A stretch of 46,344 nucleotides of DNA from positions 1 to 46,344 of the IMG/VR virus record IMGVR_UViG_3300005512_000066; one strand, 5' to 3'. The DNA is from a virus (taxonomy: Duplodnaviria > Caudoviricetes). A model generated the notes under the pieces. It was not told the origin of the DNA. It searched no databases and saw only the letters and a list, made by a program, of their open reading frames with translations. This document shows positions 19,450 to 28,107 of the stretch, piece after piece (positions within the stretch are counted from its first letter, which is position 1; every line of letters starts with the position of its first letter). The position numbers and the translations under genes were made by a program.

Positions 19450-20493
19450 CTATTTTAAACTTGCATTAAATGTATCAAAATATTCTGCTAAACTTTCGGC
19501 TCCGTCTGAAGTTGGTATAACTTCGGGGAGTGAACGTTTTAATAAACCTTCTATTCGAGTGGATTCAGCAGAACTTAATCCGGCTCGTAATTCATCACAA
19601 AGTGTTATAACGGCTTTGCTTCTTATTTGTTCATGTGCTTTCTGTACTTCATCTGGTAAATCTATTAATTTAGATTTATTGGTTATACAAGAACCTCTTT
19701 TTAATTGCTTCAATTCATCAACGGTTAAGCTAGTTGTTAAAGCAATAGTTTCTAATTCTTTACCATCAAGGTATTTTCTAAACTCGTTAATTAGCTCATT
19801 ATCTGAACGTGCATCGGTAGGATATAAATCCTTTGCTAAATTTAAATATGATGCCCTAAAAGCATCAATAGTATCTTCAGTCATTTTTAAAGGTTCAGTG
19901 TTATCATCCAACCAATAAATATCTTCTAAAGTTTCAGCTAATGAGTTTATAAGTCTATATCTCATATTGTGCATTTCACTAATCTTGTCGGTCTCATTAA
20001 AATCAGTAGACCTTGCACCAGTAATTAAACACGCTTCACCCCCTGGAAATACAACAGGGCTTATCTCCCCTAATTGAACTTCGGTTATAACTTGTATACC
20101 ATTTTCAAACTTATCTTTTACAGTTCTAAAACCGAAGGAAAGAGCATTGATTGCCCCGCCTTTAATCAAGTTGAAAGTGTCTTTGGCATTTTCAACTTCC
20201 ATAACTAATTGCGCTCTAACAAACACTCCATGATCATCTTCTTTTATTTCTAAAAGTTTGCCAATAGGCTTTTCAATATCGTGGTTATAAAGCACTTTAA
20301 TTTTATCTGTGCGATTCTGAATAGTCTTTTTAAAAGAACCCCTTTGGAATCGTGAGTTATAACTATCAACCTGTTCCCAGACAGCTATATAACCTTCTAT
20401 AATACCTTTTTCGCTTTCATCAGCTCTTAATTCACGGACTAAATTTAGATGCTGGAAGTCCTGTTCATTTTTTCGTAGTTCTAATTTAGTCAT
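19450..20493 (-). CDS. Prohead protease (HK97 family) with long C-terminal extension
   Basis: IEGYIAVW, LYNHD..PIG, LSFGF and EISPVVFP motifs. AAGGTG RBS favours the ATG at 20493. Confidence 0.92.
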   Translation of the reverse strand: MTKLELRKNEQDFQHLNLVRELRADESEKGIIEGYIAVWEQVDSYNSRFQRGSFKKTIQNRTDKIKVLYNHDIEKPIGKLLEIKEDDHGVFVRAQLVMEVENAKDTFNLIKGGAINALSFGFRTVKDKFENGIQVITEVQLGEISPVVFPGGEACLITGARSTDFNETDKISEMHNMRYRLINSLAETLEDIYWLDDNTEPLKMTEDTIDAFRASYLNLAKDLYPTDARSDNELINEFRKYLDGKELETIALTTSLTVDELKQLKRGSCITNKSKLIDLPDEVQKAHEQIRSKAVITLCDELRAGLSSAESTRIEGLLKRSLPEVIPTSDGAESLAEYFDTFNASLK

Positions 20494-20509
20494 ATAAATC
20501 ACCTTGTTT

Positions 20510-20568
20510 AAATTAATTAAACACTGTTTAATTTTAACACAAAAAATTAATTAAACACTGTTTAATTT
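20510..20568. promoter_or_regulatory. Tandem palindromic operator-like repeats flanking an extended -10 element
   Basis: AATTAAACAcTGTTTAATT at 20515-20533 and 20549-20567, with TGtTAAAAT on the minus strand between them. Confidence 0.6.
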
Positions 20569-20582
20569 ATCTGTAAAAAATT

Positions 20583-22556
20583 TTATTCCTCGTAAAACGA
20601 AAGGAAGCACTTACAATTAATTCTATCTTCCGCTGAAACATGAGGGTCACTTGGGAACCTTGGTCCTATTGATCCAGATTGAATACTAAAGCGGTCATCA
20701 ATCCCAACCACTTCCCCATCCCTTGCCGAGTGTATTTCTCGTATCTCAAACCCACCAGTATTCCATTCTTTCTTCTGAGCACCTGCAACTTTACCGGATA
20801 CCATTTGACCAATAGATGCAGCTGATCCTACTTCTGTTCTAGCAATTCTTAAAGCTCTTTCAGGACTGAATACCCCTGTATCTTCGAGAGCTTGTCTTAA
20901 TTCTTCAACAGTCCAGTTGTTTTCATAGGCTTCTCTAACCTGTTCAAGTACAACCTTGACCGTTGCTTCTTGTATTAGTGACTTTTCAGCTAAAATATAA
21001 CTAGCGTCATTAATAAATTCATCAAGCAACAAATCTTCTTCTTCACCTCGTGTTTCAAAATCTGGTTTATTTCCACGTTGGTCAACTATAACCGTTTTAC
21101 TAAAATCAGCAGCGACACTTAAAGCAGTATTCTGTATTAAATCTTGTAGTTCAGTATCATATTTTAAAATTGAAGTATTAACCCTTTCTTGAGTTATACT
21201 TACATGCTCATCAAGATCAATATTTTTTAAAACTTCTTTTTGCTGCTTCTTTAGGAAATCTGAAAAAGCATTTTTAACTGGTCCTTCAGCTATTTTATCT
21301 CGTCTTTTAGCTTCACTTTTAGCAGACCTTCTCTCGTTAGGTATTAACTTCCATTGCTTTCTTTCTTCGGTTGTTTGAGGTTCAGACATCCCAGATTGTT
21401 TTAAGCCATTGAACGGCTTATCCCACCCATCATACTCTTCTAAGCCCATTTCAAATTTAGTATTCAACTGAGATACAGGTACACCCATATCATAATAAGA
21501 TTTAGCCGTATCTGCTTTACTTTGCTCATTATCTTTTAATGCTTCAACATTGGTATAGTCTGCTGCAATATAATAGCCGTTTTCCAGTACATCTTTAAAA
21601 GAGTTATTAAACTGTGTCGCCATTCCATTAATTAATGGTATTAACGTTGTCTCCCAGAATACTCTTAGTGCCCAGCTAAAATTATTATAAGTGCTTGCTG
21701 CTTCACTTCCTCCTAGCTGAGGTGGGATGCCAAATATAATAAATATCTCTGACATATTGAATTTTCTACTTTCAATAAAGTCAACTTCAGCAGGGGTTAA
21801 ACTTAATCTGGTATATTTAGCACCGCTGCCTAAAACTAATGGTTGCCTTCTTGAGAATGTAGATGAAAACTTACTCATTATTCTAGCCATTATAGACTCT
21901 GATTGTTGTTTATCTAAATCTCTATCAAAAGTAAAGACACTATCAACAACACCTCTATTCTGCATAGTACCAGTGTTCCAATTTTGCTGAGCATTATCTA
22001 AATCAACTGATTTACTTGCAGCTTCTAATGGAGAAATACCCATTATTGGATTGGCTGGATTAGTCAAATTGAAATGAATAATTTCATCATTTTCAAAATC
22101 ACTACTCTTTGAATAGATGCCATTCTTTTTGAGCACATAACCCTCTGTGAAAGTTAAATTATCAGTACTTTCTTTTGGTTTAATTCTATCAGGACTTATT
22201 GGGTACAGTTCTGCTAGTTGTCGGCTATCAGTAATTTTATATAAATAAGCATTTCCGCTTAATTGTAACCACTGGTGTAATAGCTCATAGAATTGTAATC
22301 TGTTTAAAAATGGGTGAGGATTTAACAGTAATTTAGTGAGTGGATGTCCGTATTCAATTTCATTATCTGAGTTCTTGACTACAAAAGGAACCGTTGAAGC
22401 ATTTCTAGCAATTAACGAAACAGCTTTATGTACCCATCCACAGGATACATAGCCGTCAGTGACAGCTTTATCGAGTGTCCATGTAGTCCACTGGGTATCT
22501 GCCGTGGATACATAAGCAGTTTCTACACTCTTTGCTAAATTACGAATATTGAACAT
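20583..22556 (-). CDS. Portal protein (HK97 family) fused to Mu gpF/SPP1 gp7-like head morphogenesis domain
   Basis: HPLTKLL..P, SGNAY, GISPLEAA and FGIPPQL portal motifs. C-terminal RALRIARTE...K.W...R..H...INCKC. Confidence 0.92.
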   Translation of the reverse strand: MFNIRNLAKSVETAYVSTADTQWTTWTLDKAVTDGYVSCGWVHKAVSLIARNASTVPFVVKNSDNEIEYGHPLTKLLLNPHPFLNRLQFYELLHQWLQLSGNAYLYKITDSRQLAELYPISPDRIKPKESTDNLTFTEGYVLKKNGIYSKSSDFENDEIIHFNLTNPANPIMGISPLEAASKSVDLDNAQQNWNTGTMQNRGVVDSVFTFDRDLDKQQSESIMARIMSKFSSTFSRRQPLVLGSGAKYTRLSLTPAEVDFIESRKFNMSEIFIIFGIPPQLGGSEAASTYNNFSWALRVFWETTLIPLINGMATQFNNSFKDVLENGYYIAADYTNVEALKDNEQSKADTAKSYYDMGVPVSQLNTKFEMGLEEYDGWDKPFNGLKQSGMSEPQTTEERKQWKLIPNERRSAKSEAKRRDKIAEGPVKNAFSDFLKKQQKEVLKNIDLDEHVSITQERVNTSILKYDTELQDLIQNTALSVAADFSKTVIVDQRGNKPDFETRGEEEDLLLDEFINDASYILAEKSLIQEATVKVVLEQVREAYENNWTVEELRQALEDTGVFSPERALRIARTEVGSAASIGQMVSGKVAGAQKKEWNTGGFEIREIHSARDGEVVGIDDRFSIQSGSIGPRFPSDPHVSAEDRINCKCFLSFYEE

Positions 22557-22694
22557 AATTTTTAATTAAAATAACCTATTGTTTATTATATACTGTTTTT
22601 AGTCAAAATAAAACTTTTTATCTAATCCCTTTGTACTCAAAACTATAATGATTTAAATCACCCTCAATTCTTTCAGCACCACCCAGTATACTCA

Positions 22695-23012
22695 TCACCC
22701 TCTCGATTCATCTTGTGTTTTCGGTTGCCATTCAATATGAATGTGTGTATCCTCTAAGACGACATCAAATCCACTTGGTAGAATGTCTTTAATTAAATTC
22801 ACGAACTCGTTAATTAAATCTATACCCCATCTTCTAATATCTACTGCACAACCAACATAATGTAGACTACCCCACCCATGTTTCCCGTCTAATGCTGACG
22901 TAACAATCAAATTCTTACCTTTGCTTTCAAACAGAGGTAAAATAGTGTAGAGAGCGTCCCACATTTTAATATGCAAATTCCTTACATCTACTCCATCATT
23001 AATGATTATCAT
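22695..23012 (-). CDS. Endolysin, peptidase M15 family
   Basis: VTS..DGKH...SLHYVGCAVDIR...HIHIEW zinc peptidase motifs. Confidence 0.8.
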   Translation of the reverse strand: MIIINDGVDVRNLHIKMWDALYTILPLFESKGKNLIVTSALDGKHGWGSLHYVGCAVDIRRWGIDLINEFVNLIKDILPSGFDVVLEDTHIHIEWQPKTQDESRG

Positions 23013-23015
23013 AAG

Positions 23016-23198
23016 TCACCTCAAGACAGGTAAATGATACTTATTTTCTGCCGAATTTCTGGCACATACGGCATCAAACCAGTCATTAAACAAACCAAGA
23101 GCAAGCTTTTTATCTCCCATATCTGTTTTAGAGATAACTGTTAATCTTCCAAACTTCTTACCAATTAAATCAGTTGTTTGCTTTGAACTTAAACTCAT
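23016..23198 (-). pseudogene. Internally deleted HNH/AP2 endonuclease relic
   Basis: N-terminal DLIGKKFGRLTVI is joined directly to the AP2 C-terminus LGLF....DAVCAR.SAE. Confidence 0.6.
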
Positions 23199-23632
23199 CA
23201 GTGATGTCCCTTACCGATAAAATCTAAGAAGTGTTCTAACCCATCCATGAACAACACCCATCCTGCAAGTATTGTTGTTGCTATCCACTTGATTTTGCGC
23301 ACCACCCATATCCAAGGTTTAAGCGCTATACCAATCTCATTGACCCCATCTGTTATAGGCTTAATATCGTTCTTAATCTCAAGCAGTTGTTCTGTGTTCA
23401 CATCTACTCTACCCCCTAATGCCCTAAGTTCAAGATTACTTTCAGACATATCTTTCTGTAGTAAAACTATGTTTCGCTCTGTGTTTGCTATACTTATCTC
23501 ATTCTTAGCTTGTCTGTCTTCAAATGACTTCTGTCTTAACTCAAATGATTCCTGTCTTTCTGCCATATTTATAAACATAGTTTTCAACTCGCAAGTTTTA
23601 TGGTCTTCTAAACCACAACTCATTTCTTCCAT
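23198..23632 (-). CDS. Coiled-coil protein with C-terminal TM helix; holin-like candidate
   Basis: Heptad region followed by KWIATTILAGWVLF; lies upstream of the endolysin. Confidence 0.55.
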   Translation of the reverse strand: MEEMSCGLEDHKTCELKTMFINMAERQESFELRQKSFEDRQAKNEISIANTERNIVLLQKDMSESNLELRALGGRVDVNTEQLLEIKNDIKPITDGVNEIGIALKPWIWVVRKIKWIATTILAGWVLFMDGLEHFLDFIGKGHH

Positions 23633-23967
23633 CTTGGGCCTCCGATTCTGACAGCCCAGTACATGGCGTATCGTTTAAAATAAGGAACACCATCTTGTTC
23701 CATGAGATAAAGAAAAGCATCGTCTGCTTTTTTTCTCTTGCCTTCTTTTAAGAAGTATAAGTAGTCATGAATGACAGAAGCTTTCCTCCACTTTCCTTTT
23801 GTCGGCGTCGCAAACCAGTGAAATAATGATGGTATAGAGGCAAAGTCTGTAATAAAACCAGCAGGAACAGTAATCTCCCCATACGGCGGCACCATAGCAA
23901 TAAAATCCTCTAACAATTCCCAAGTCAAGTCCTTATTTGACTTAACCATTAGCTCGGTCTTATACAT
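23620..23967 (-). CDS. DUF1353 domain protein
   Basis: ITVPAGFITDFASIP...ASVIHDYLY...RKKADDAF...MYWAVRIGG. Confidence 0.9.
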   Translation of the reverse strand: MYKTELMVKSNKDLTWELLEDFIAMVPPYGEITVPAGFITDFASIPSLFHWFATPTKGKWRKASVIHDYLYFLKEGKRKKADDAFLYLMEQDGVPYFKRYAMYWAVRIGGPRWKK

Positions 23968-24832
23968 AAAAAACCTCCTGCATGGTATAATTACTTTTAT
24001 TTTGGAGTGTGCTATGGGCAGTAAGTTTGTCGATATAACAGGAATGACTTTTAATTATCTTACTGTCGTTGGCATAGGCCCTAAAAAACACGGCAGAAGA
24101 GATACTCAGTGGATTTGTGAATGCAGATGCGGCACAACCACTGTCGCCGAAAGCCATGAACTCAAAAGTGGCCATAAAAAGTCCTGTGGTTGCTATAACC
24201 TCAAAAAAATCAAAGAAAGAAATACAAAACATGGCTATGCTCAAAGAGAAAATTGCCATCCTGATTATTCTGTTTGGCGCGGGATGATAAATAGATGCCA
24301 TGGTTACAGCAAAATGTCTAAGGCCTATAAAGACAGAGGCATTAAGGTCTGTGATAGATGGAGAGAGTCTTTTGGCGATTTTATTCAAGACCTTGGATGC
24401 AGACCATCTCCTGAACATACTCTTGATAGAATCGACGTTAACGGCAACTATACCCCTGAAAATTGCCGCTGGGCCACCAACCAAGAGCAAGCTTACAATA
24501 AAACTAACACAAGAATTATAGAGTTTAATGGGAAATCCATGAATATTCTTGAATGGTCCAAGGAAACCAGCATCCCTACAGAGGTTATTTCTTCCAGGGT
24601 TGACAAAAGATGGAGTCCACAAAAAATTCTTACCACCCCAGTAAGAAAGCAAGCAGTACACATAGAATACCAAGGAGAAACAAAAACACTTGGAGAATGG
24701 ATTAAGTATCTTAACCTCCCTGAAAACAGAACTAGGTCCAGATATAGGCGTGGATGGCCCACTGATAAACTGTTTGCTGCTCATTCGTTTGGACGTTGGA
24801 ATCCTCATACCAATTAAATCGCCCTTATACAT
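23960..24832 (-). other. Antisense open frame spanning the HNH gene, coupled at both ends
   Basis: 290 stop-free codons. The start overlaps an upstream stop (TAATG) and the stop overlaps the DUF1353 start (ATGTATAA). The product does not resemble a known protein. Confidence 0.45.
24014..24817 (+). mobile_element. Free-standing HNH homing endonuclease gene, antisense to the late operon
   Basis: DITGMTFNYLTV, WICECRCG, SCGC, RGIKVCDRW and LDRIDVNGNYTPENCRWAT motifs. Has its own TGgTATAAT (23983-23991) and GGAG RBS. Confidence 0.9.
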
Positions 24833-24921
24833 TACAACACCACCATTGTCATCAAGCCCAATGTTGCCATTATTCCTAGGATGGATAATGTTGCCAATAT
24901 GATTAATTGTTTATCGTCCAT
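24832..24921 (-). CDS. 29-aa single-TM peptide (MDDKQLIILATLSILGIMATLGLMTMVVL)
   Basis: Read manually; TAATG overlaps at both ends. Confidence 0.55.
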   Translation of the reverse strand: MDDKQLIILATLSILGIMATLGLMTMVVL

Positions 24922-25598
24922 TATTGCACTACCACAGGTTCTGGTTGATTAACTACAGTCGGTGTAGCTGTCTGGTTCTGCTGTGAGTTGTTATCTTGAT
25001 TAACTAGCGAGTTATCATCTTGTGATGAATTATTGTCGTTGCTATCTACTTGCGAGTTATCATTATTACTATCAGCTTGGTTATTGTCGTTACTGTTGTA
25101 TGAATCAGTATTAGCTACGTCATTGTCTTGGTTATTATCATTGCTTGAAGTGTTGTTATCTGCTGTAGACTTAGAAGTAGTAGCACTCATATCATTAGAG
25201 TTGTTCTCACCGTTAATGATAGAGTTATTATGTACCTCTGTATTGTTACCACCTGCTGCATGGAAAGCATCATCCATAATTCTGATAGCTGACACCCCGA
25301 TAACAGCCGAAGTGAAAGCGTTGGTTAGTGGTGGTATAGCCTCAACAATAACATCATTGGTTCCTCTAACCCTCATTCCAGTAACTTTCGGTAAATCTCT
25401 TGGGTCGGTATAGCTAATTATTGCACTGCCACAGCCTTTTGTGCAGTCTATATTTAGTGTGTCTTTGTGTGATTGCAACGCCTGATACTGTAATGATGCT
25501 ATAGCCACACTGGTATTGGATAATTGTGTGAGCTCTGCTTGGTTTGCACATCCCGCCAGGGATAATATAAGAATACTACCAGCCAATTTGAAAATCAT
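24921..25598 (-). CDS. Lipoprotein with Asn/Asp/Ser/Gln-rich low-complexity C-terminus
   Basis: GAGGT RBS and MIFKLAGSILILSLAG-C lipobox; the true start is probably 25598. Confidence 0.75.
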   Translation of the reverse strand: MIFKLAGSILILSLAGCANQAELTQLSNTSVAIASLQYQALQSHKDTLNIDCTKGCGSAIISYTDPRDLPKVTGMRVRGTNDVIVEAIPPLTNAFTSAVIGVSAIRIMDDAFHAAGGNNTEVHNNSIINGENNSNDMSATTSKSTADNNTSSNDNNQDNDVANTDSYNSNDNNQADSNNDNSQVDSNDNNSSQDDNSLVNQDNNSQQNQTATPTVVNQPEPVVVQ

Positions 25599-26223
25599 AA
25601 TCTTGTACCTCTTGTACTGTTGTAAGAGCGTTAATAGCATTTTCATGTGCTTCGTGCTGTGTTGATACTGCATCAATATGAGCTTCCAGAGCATCTTCTA
25701 TAGCTTCCAGTGTTGCCTTATTTGCTGTAGCCCATCCATTCTTAGCTTTGAATCGCTGAGTAGCTCCAGACTTTCTACCCATCAGGTTAAGTGCCTGGGT
25801 AATCCTAAATTGGTCTTCACGTTTCGTAGATATATCCAAGGATGCTACCGTGATACCAGCTTGTTCTTTTTCTAGTGCTAAGTTGCTTAATTGCTCTAGT
25901 TTAGACTCTTTAGCTTTGGCTAATTGTTCTGCTCTGTAAGCTGCTTCTTTCTCAGCTTTAGTGCCGTTCTCGTCTGTGGTGAACATATCCTGTTCTACCC
26001 AGTTAAAGACAGTGTTACCTTGAGCATCTACCGTAGTACCATTCTGGACAACTACTTTAGCATCGCTACTTGGAGTAGGCTTAGGTGTCTCAAGAATAGG
26101 TGTTATGTTCAAAGCATCATAAGTATCCTGTGTGAATACTTTAGGTATTGATACGTTAGAAAATCTCTTGCGCACTTGGCCTTGAGTGAGTATTTCCTGT
26201 GTGTCGTTAGTTAAGAATTTCAT
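25576..26223 (-). CDS. Fibre assembly/accessory protein with DUF4376-like C-terminus
   Basis: RFSNVSIP N-terminus; KEQAGITV....ST.REDQ..I...E..H...INAL. Confidence 0.7.
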   Translation of the reverse strand: MKFLTNDTQEILTQGQVRKRFSNVSIPKVFTQDTYDALNITPILETPKPTPSSDAKVVVQNGTTVDAQGNTVFNWVEQDMFTTDENGTKAEKEAAYRAEQLAKAKESKLEQLSNLALEKEQAGITVASLDISTKREDQFRITQALNLMGRKSGATQRFKAKNGWATANKATLEAIEDALEAHIDAVSTQHEAHENAINALTTVQEVQDYDFQIGW

Positions 26224-26232
26224 TGTTTCTCC

Positions 26233-28107
26233 TTATGCACTAATCGCATAATAAATATATGTTGCTCCTGATACGTTCACATCATCATCATTGGTAGCTA
26301 TATAATTTACCGAAAACCCGCTGTTATCAGGGTCAAGTCCATCATCACCTGTATCTTCTACATCTGTGGTATTGAGTTCTAAGCGTGGACTATTGCCCGC
26401 TATAATTCCTCTGGTGCTATCAAACATATTCCAGTTGCTTGTACTATCTGTGCGCTTGATGAGTACAAACTTACTCCCCGCTGAGAATCCGCAGTTTATC
26501 GTTTGAGTTGTGCCGTTGCCTGTGTATGAGCCTACTTTAGATATTCCTGCTAGGGTTGCGAAGAGGAAGGCTATGAAGTCACTGGATAATTTATTAACTT
26601 CATCCGTTGTACCAATCGTGAATTGTGAATCAGTAGGAGATGTGCTATTCCAGATGTTAGCAGTAGATATTTTCGCATTTGGTAAATTAAGTATATTGAA
26701 ATAGTTATTCCCAGTATCTTTGTGATAAACCACCCAGTTAAATATATCATTTCTGCACTTAATCCAAATCATCTCAGGCACTACACCTAATTGATGATCT
26801 TCAGCGTGTGCGACTCCTGTACCTGTATAACAGACCACATCAAAGAACCCTGTGGCTCGTTTCCACATCCAAGCATAATCAGCAGTATTAATACCTGTTC
26901 TCTCTATCGCACCATCCATATAATCAAATTGATATTGTGAATCAGCAGATTCAGCATTTGTGTTATTTGCTTTTAAGAGATTACCTTGAATCAATCTGGC
27001 AGAAACATCAACATTCGATGAGGTTGTGTAAGACTGAATGAGAAAATCAACAGGAAATGTCGTGGTATGACTTGGCAGGGTTGTTCCATCTCTAGTTGCT
27101 ATAGCAAAAACCTCGCTTGATATACTGGGGGTCGCCATGGGTCTGCGGATTGCTATGTATATGTAGGTGTCACTGGGGGAATTCATCTCATTTGTGTTAA
27201 GAAGCAATTTAAATCCAGTTGGTGTAAGTTGTATCCTTGAGTTGCCAGTATTTTTTTCAGCACTCGTTGTATCTGGTTCTAAAATAATCGTGTCGGAAGT
27301 ATTTATACCGCGCATACTATCGACCAGTTGCCATTCAATAATTGATGTAGCAGATTTAATCAACACCCACTGAGGCTCCCATCCCAGATTAACCTCTGGC
27401 CCATCAGCAAGACCATTACCAGTATAACTCCCACACTGTATCATCCCATCTTCTGAGGTGTCGTGACTCCACGCATAAACCACATAATCACCATCAGCTA
27501 ACGTGCCATCAACCAGAGTTACATCAGTACCTGATACTGTTATAGAACCATCTAATGTTTCTGCTGCTGTTTGCTCTAAGTATAATAAATCGCCACTTGT
27601 TGCACTCCTATGCCATACATACCATGAGCCTGTTGAATCTGTGCGTTTTACAGCAACCATACCTAGTATTGTTAAATCAGGGAATGATACAACTGTATTA
27701 CCTGTGCCTAGTGTTGCTGTTTGAACATCAAAGAAGTTAGATGCTTTTTTGAATGTCCAGGATACGAAGTCGTCACCACTGCCATTGATTAATGTATAAT
27801 CTCCAATAGTAAAACCATCGGTATTAAATCCGGTAATTGCACCTGAATAAGTAGACTCGGTATCTGTAGTATTGCTATATAATTTATTAGTTACACCTCT
27901 TTCTGTATCTGATAAGATATGATTATATGCTGTGTCCCTATCTTTTATCCAAACCATACCCCCATCAGTAGCTAAATCAATATTGTTAGTAATCGTCTGG
28001 GTACTGCTGTTGCCTTCATAAAGATAAGTACTGAAGTTATCTTCTACTATGGCAGTAGTGCTGCTTGTTGTCGCACCTTGCATTAAATGTTTGGCTAAGT
28101 TACTCAT
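26233..28107 (-). CDS. Virion fibre-associated protein with tandem beta repeats
   Basis: Repeated Y.GNG...I..G..P..V.IK.R and W.V.D..RG units; coupled ATG at 28107. Confidence 0.75.
   Translation of the reverse strand: MSNLAKHLMQGATTSSTTAIVEDNFSTYLYEGNSSTQTITNNIDLATDGGMVWIKDRDTAYNHILSDTERGVTNKLYSNTTDTESTYSGAITGFNTDGFTIGDYTLINGSGDDFVSWTFKKASNFFDVQTATLGTGNTVVSFPDLTILGMVAVKRTDSTGSWYVWHRSATSGDLLYLEQTAAETLDGSITVSGTDVTLVDGTLADGDYVVYAWSHDTSEDGMIQCGSYTGNGLADGPEVNLGWEPQWVLIKSATSIIEWQLVDSMRGINTSDTIILEPDTTSAEKNTGNSRIQLTPTGFKLLLNTNEMNSPSDTYIYIAIRRPMATPSISSEVFAIATRDGTTLPSHTTTFPVDFLIQSYTTSSNVDVSARLIQGNLLKANNTNAESADSQYQFDYMDGAIERTGINTADYAWMWKRATGFFDVVCYTGTGVAHAEDHQLGVVPEMIWIKCRNDIFNWVVYHKDTGNNYFNILNLPNAKISTANIWNSTSPTDSQFTIGTTDEVNKLSSDFIAFLFATLAGISKVGSYTGNGTTQTINCGFSAGSKFVLIKRTDSTSNWNMFDSTRGIIAGNSPRLELNTTDVEDTGDDGLDPDNSGFSVNYIATNDDDVNVSGATYIYYAISA

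Noticed and set aside
25599-25694. 5' extensions of track ORFs (also 43238-43387, 28108-28143, 40815-40862, 45429-45479)
   Set aside because: They overlap upstream genes or regulatory DNA. Downstream ATGs have a better RBS or coupling and match the domain starts.
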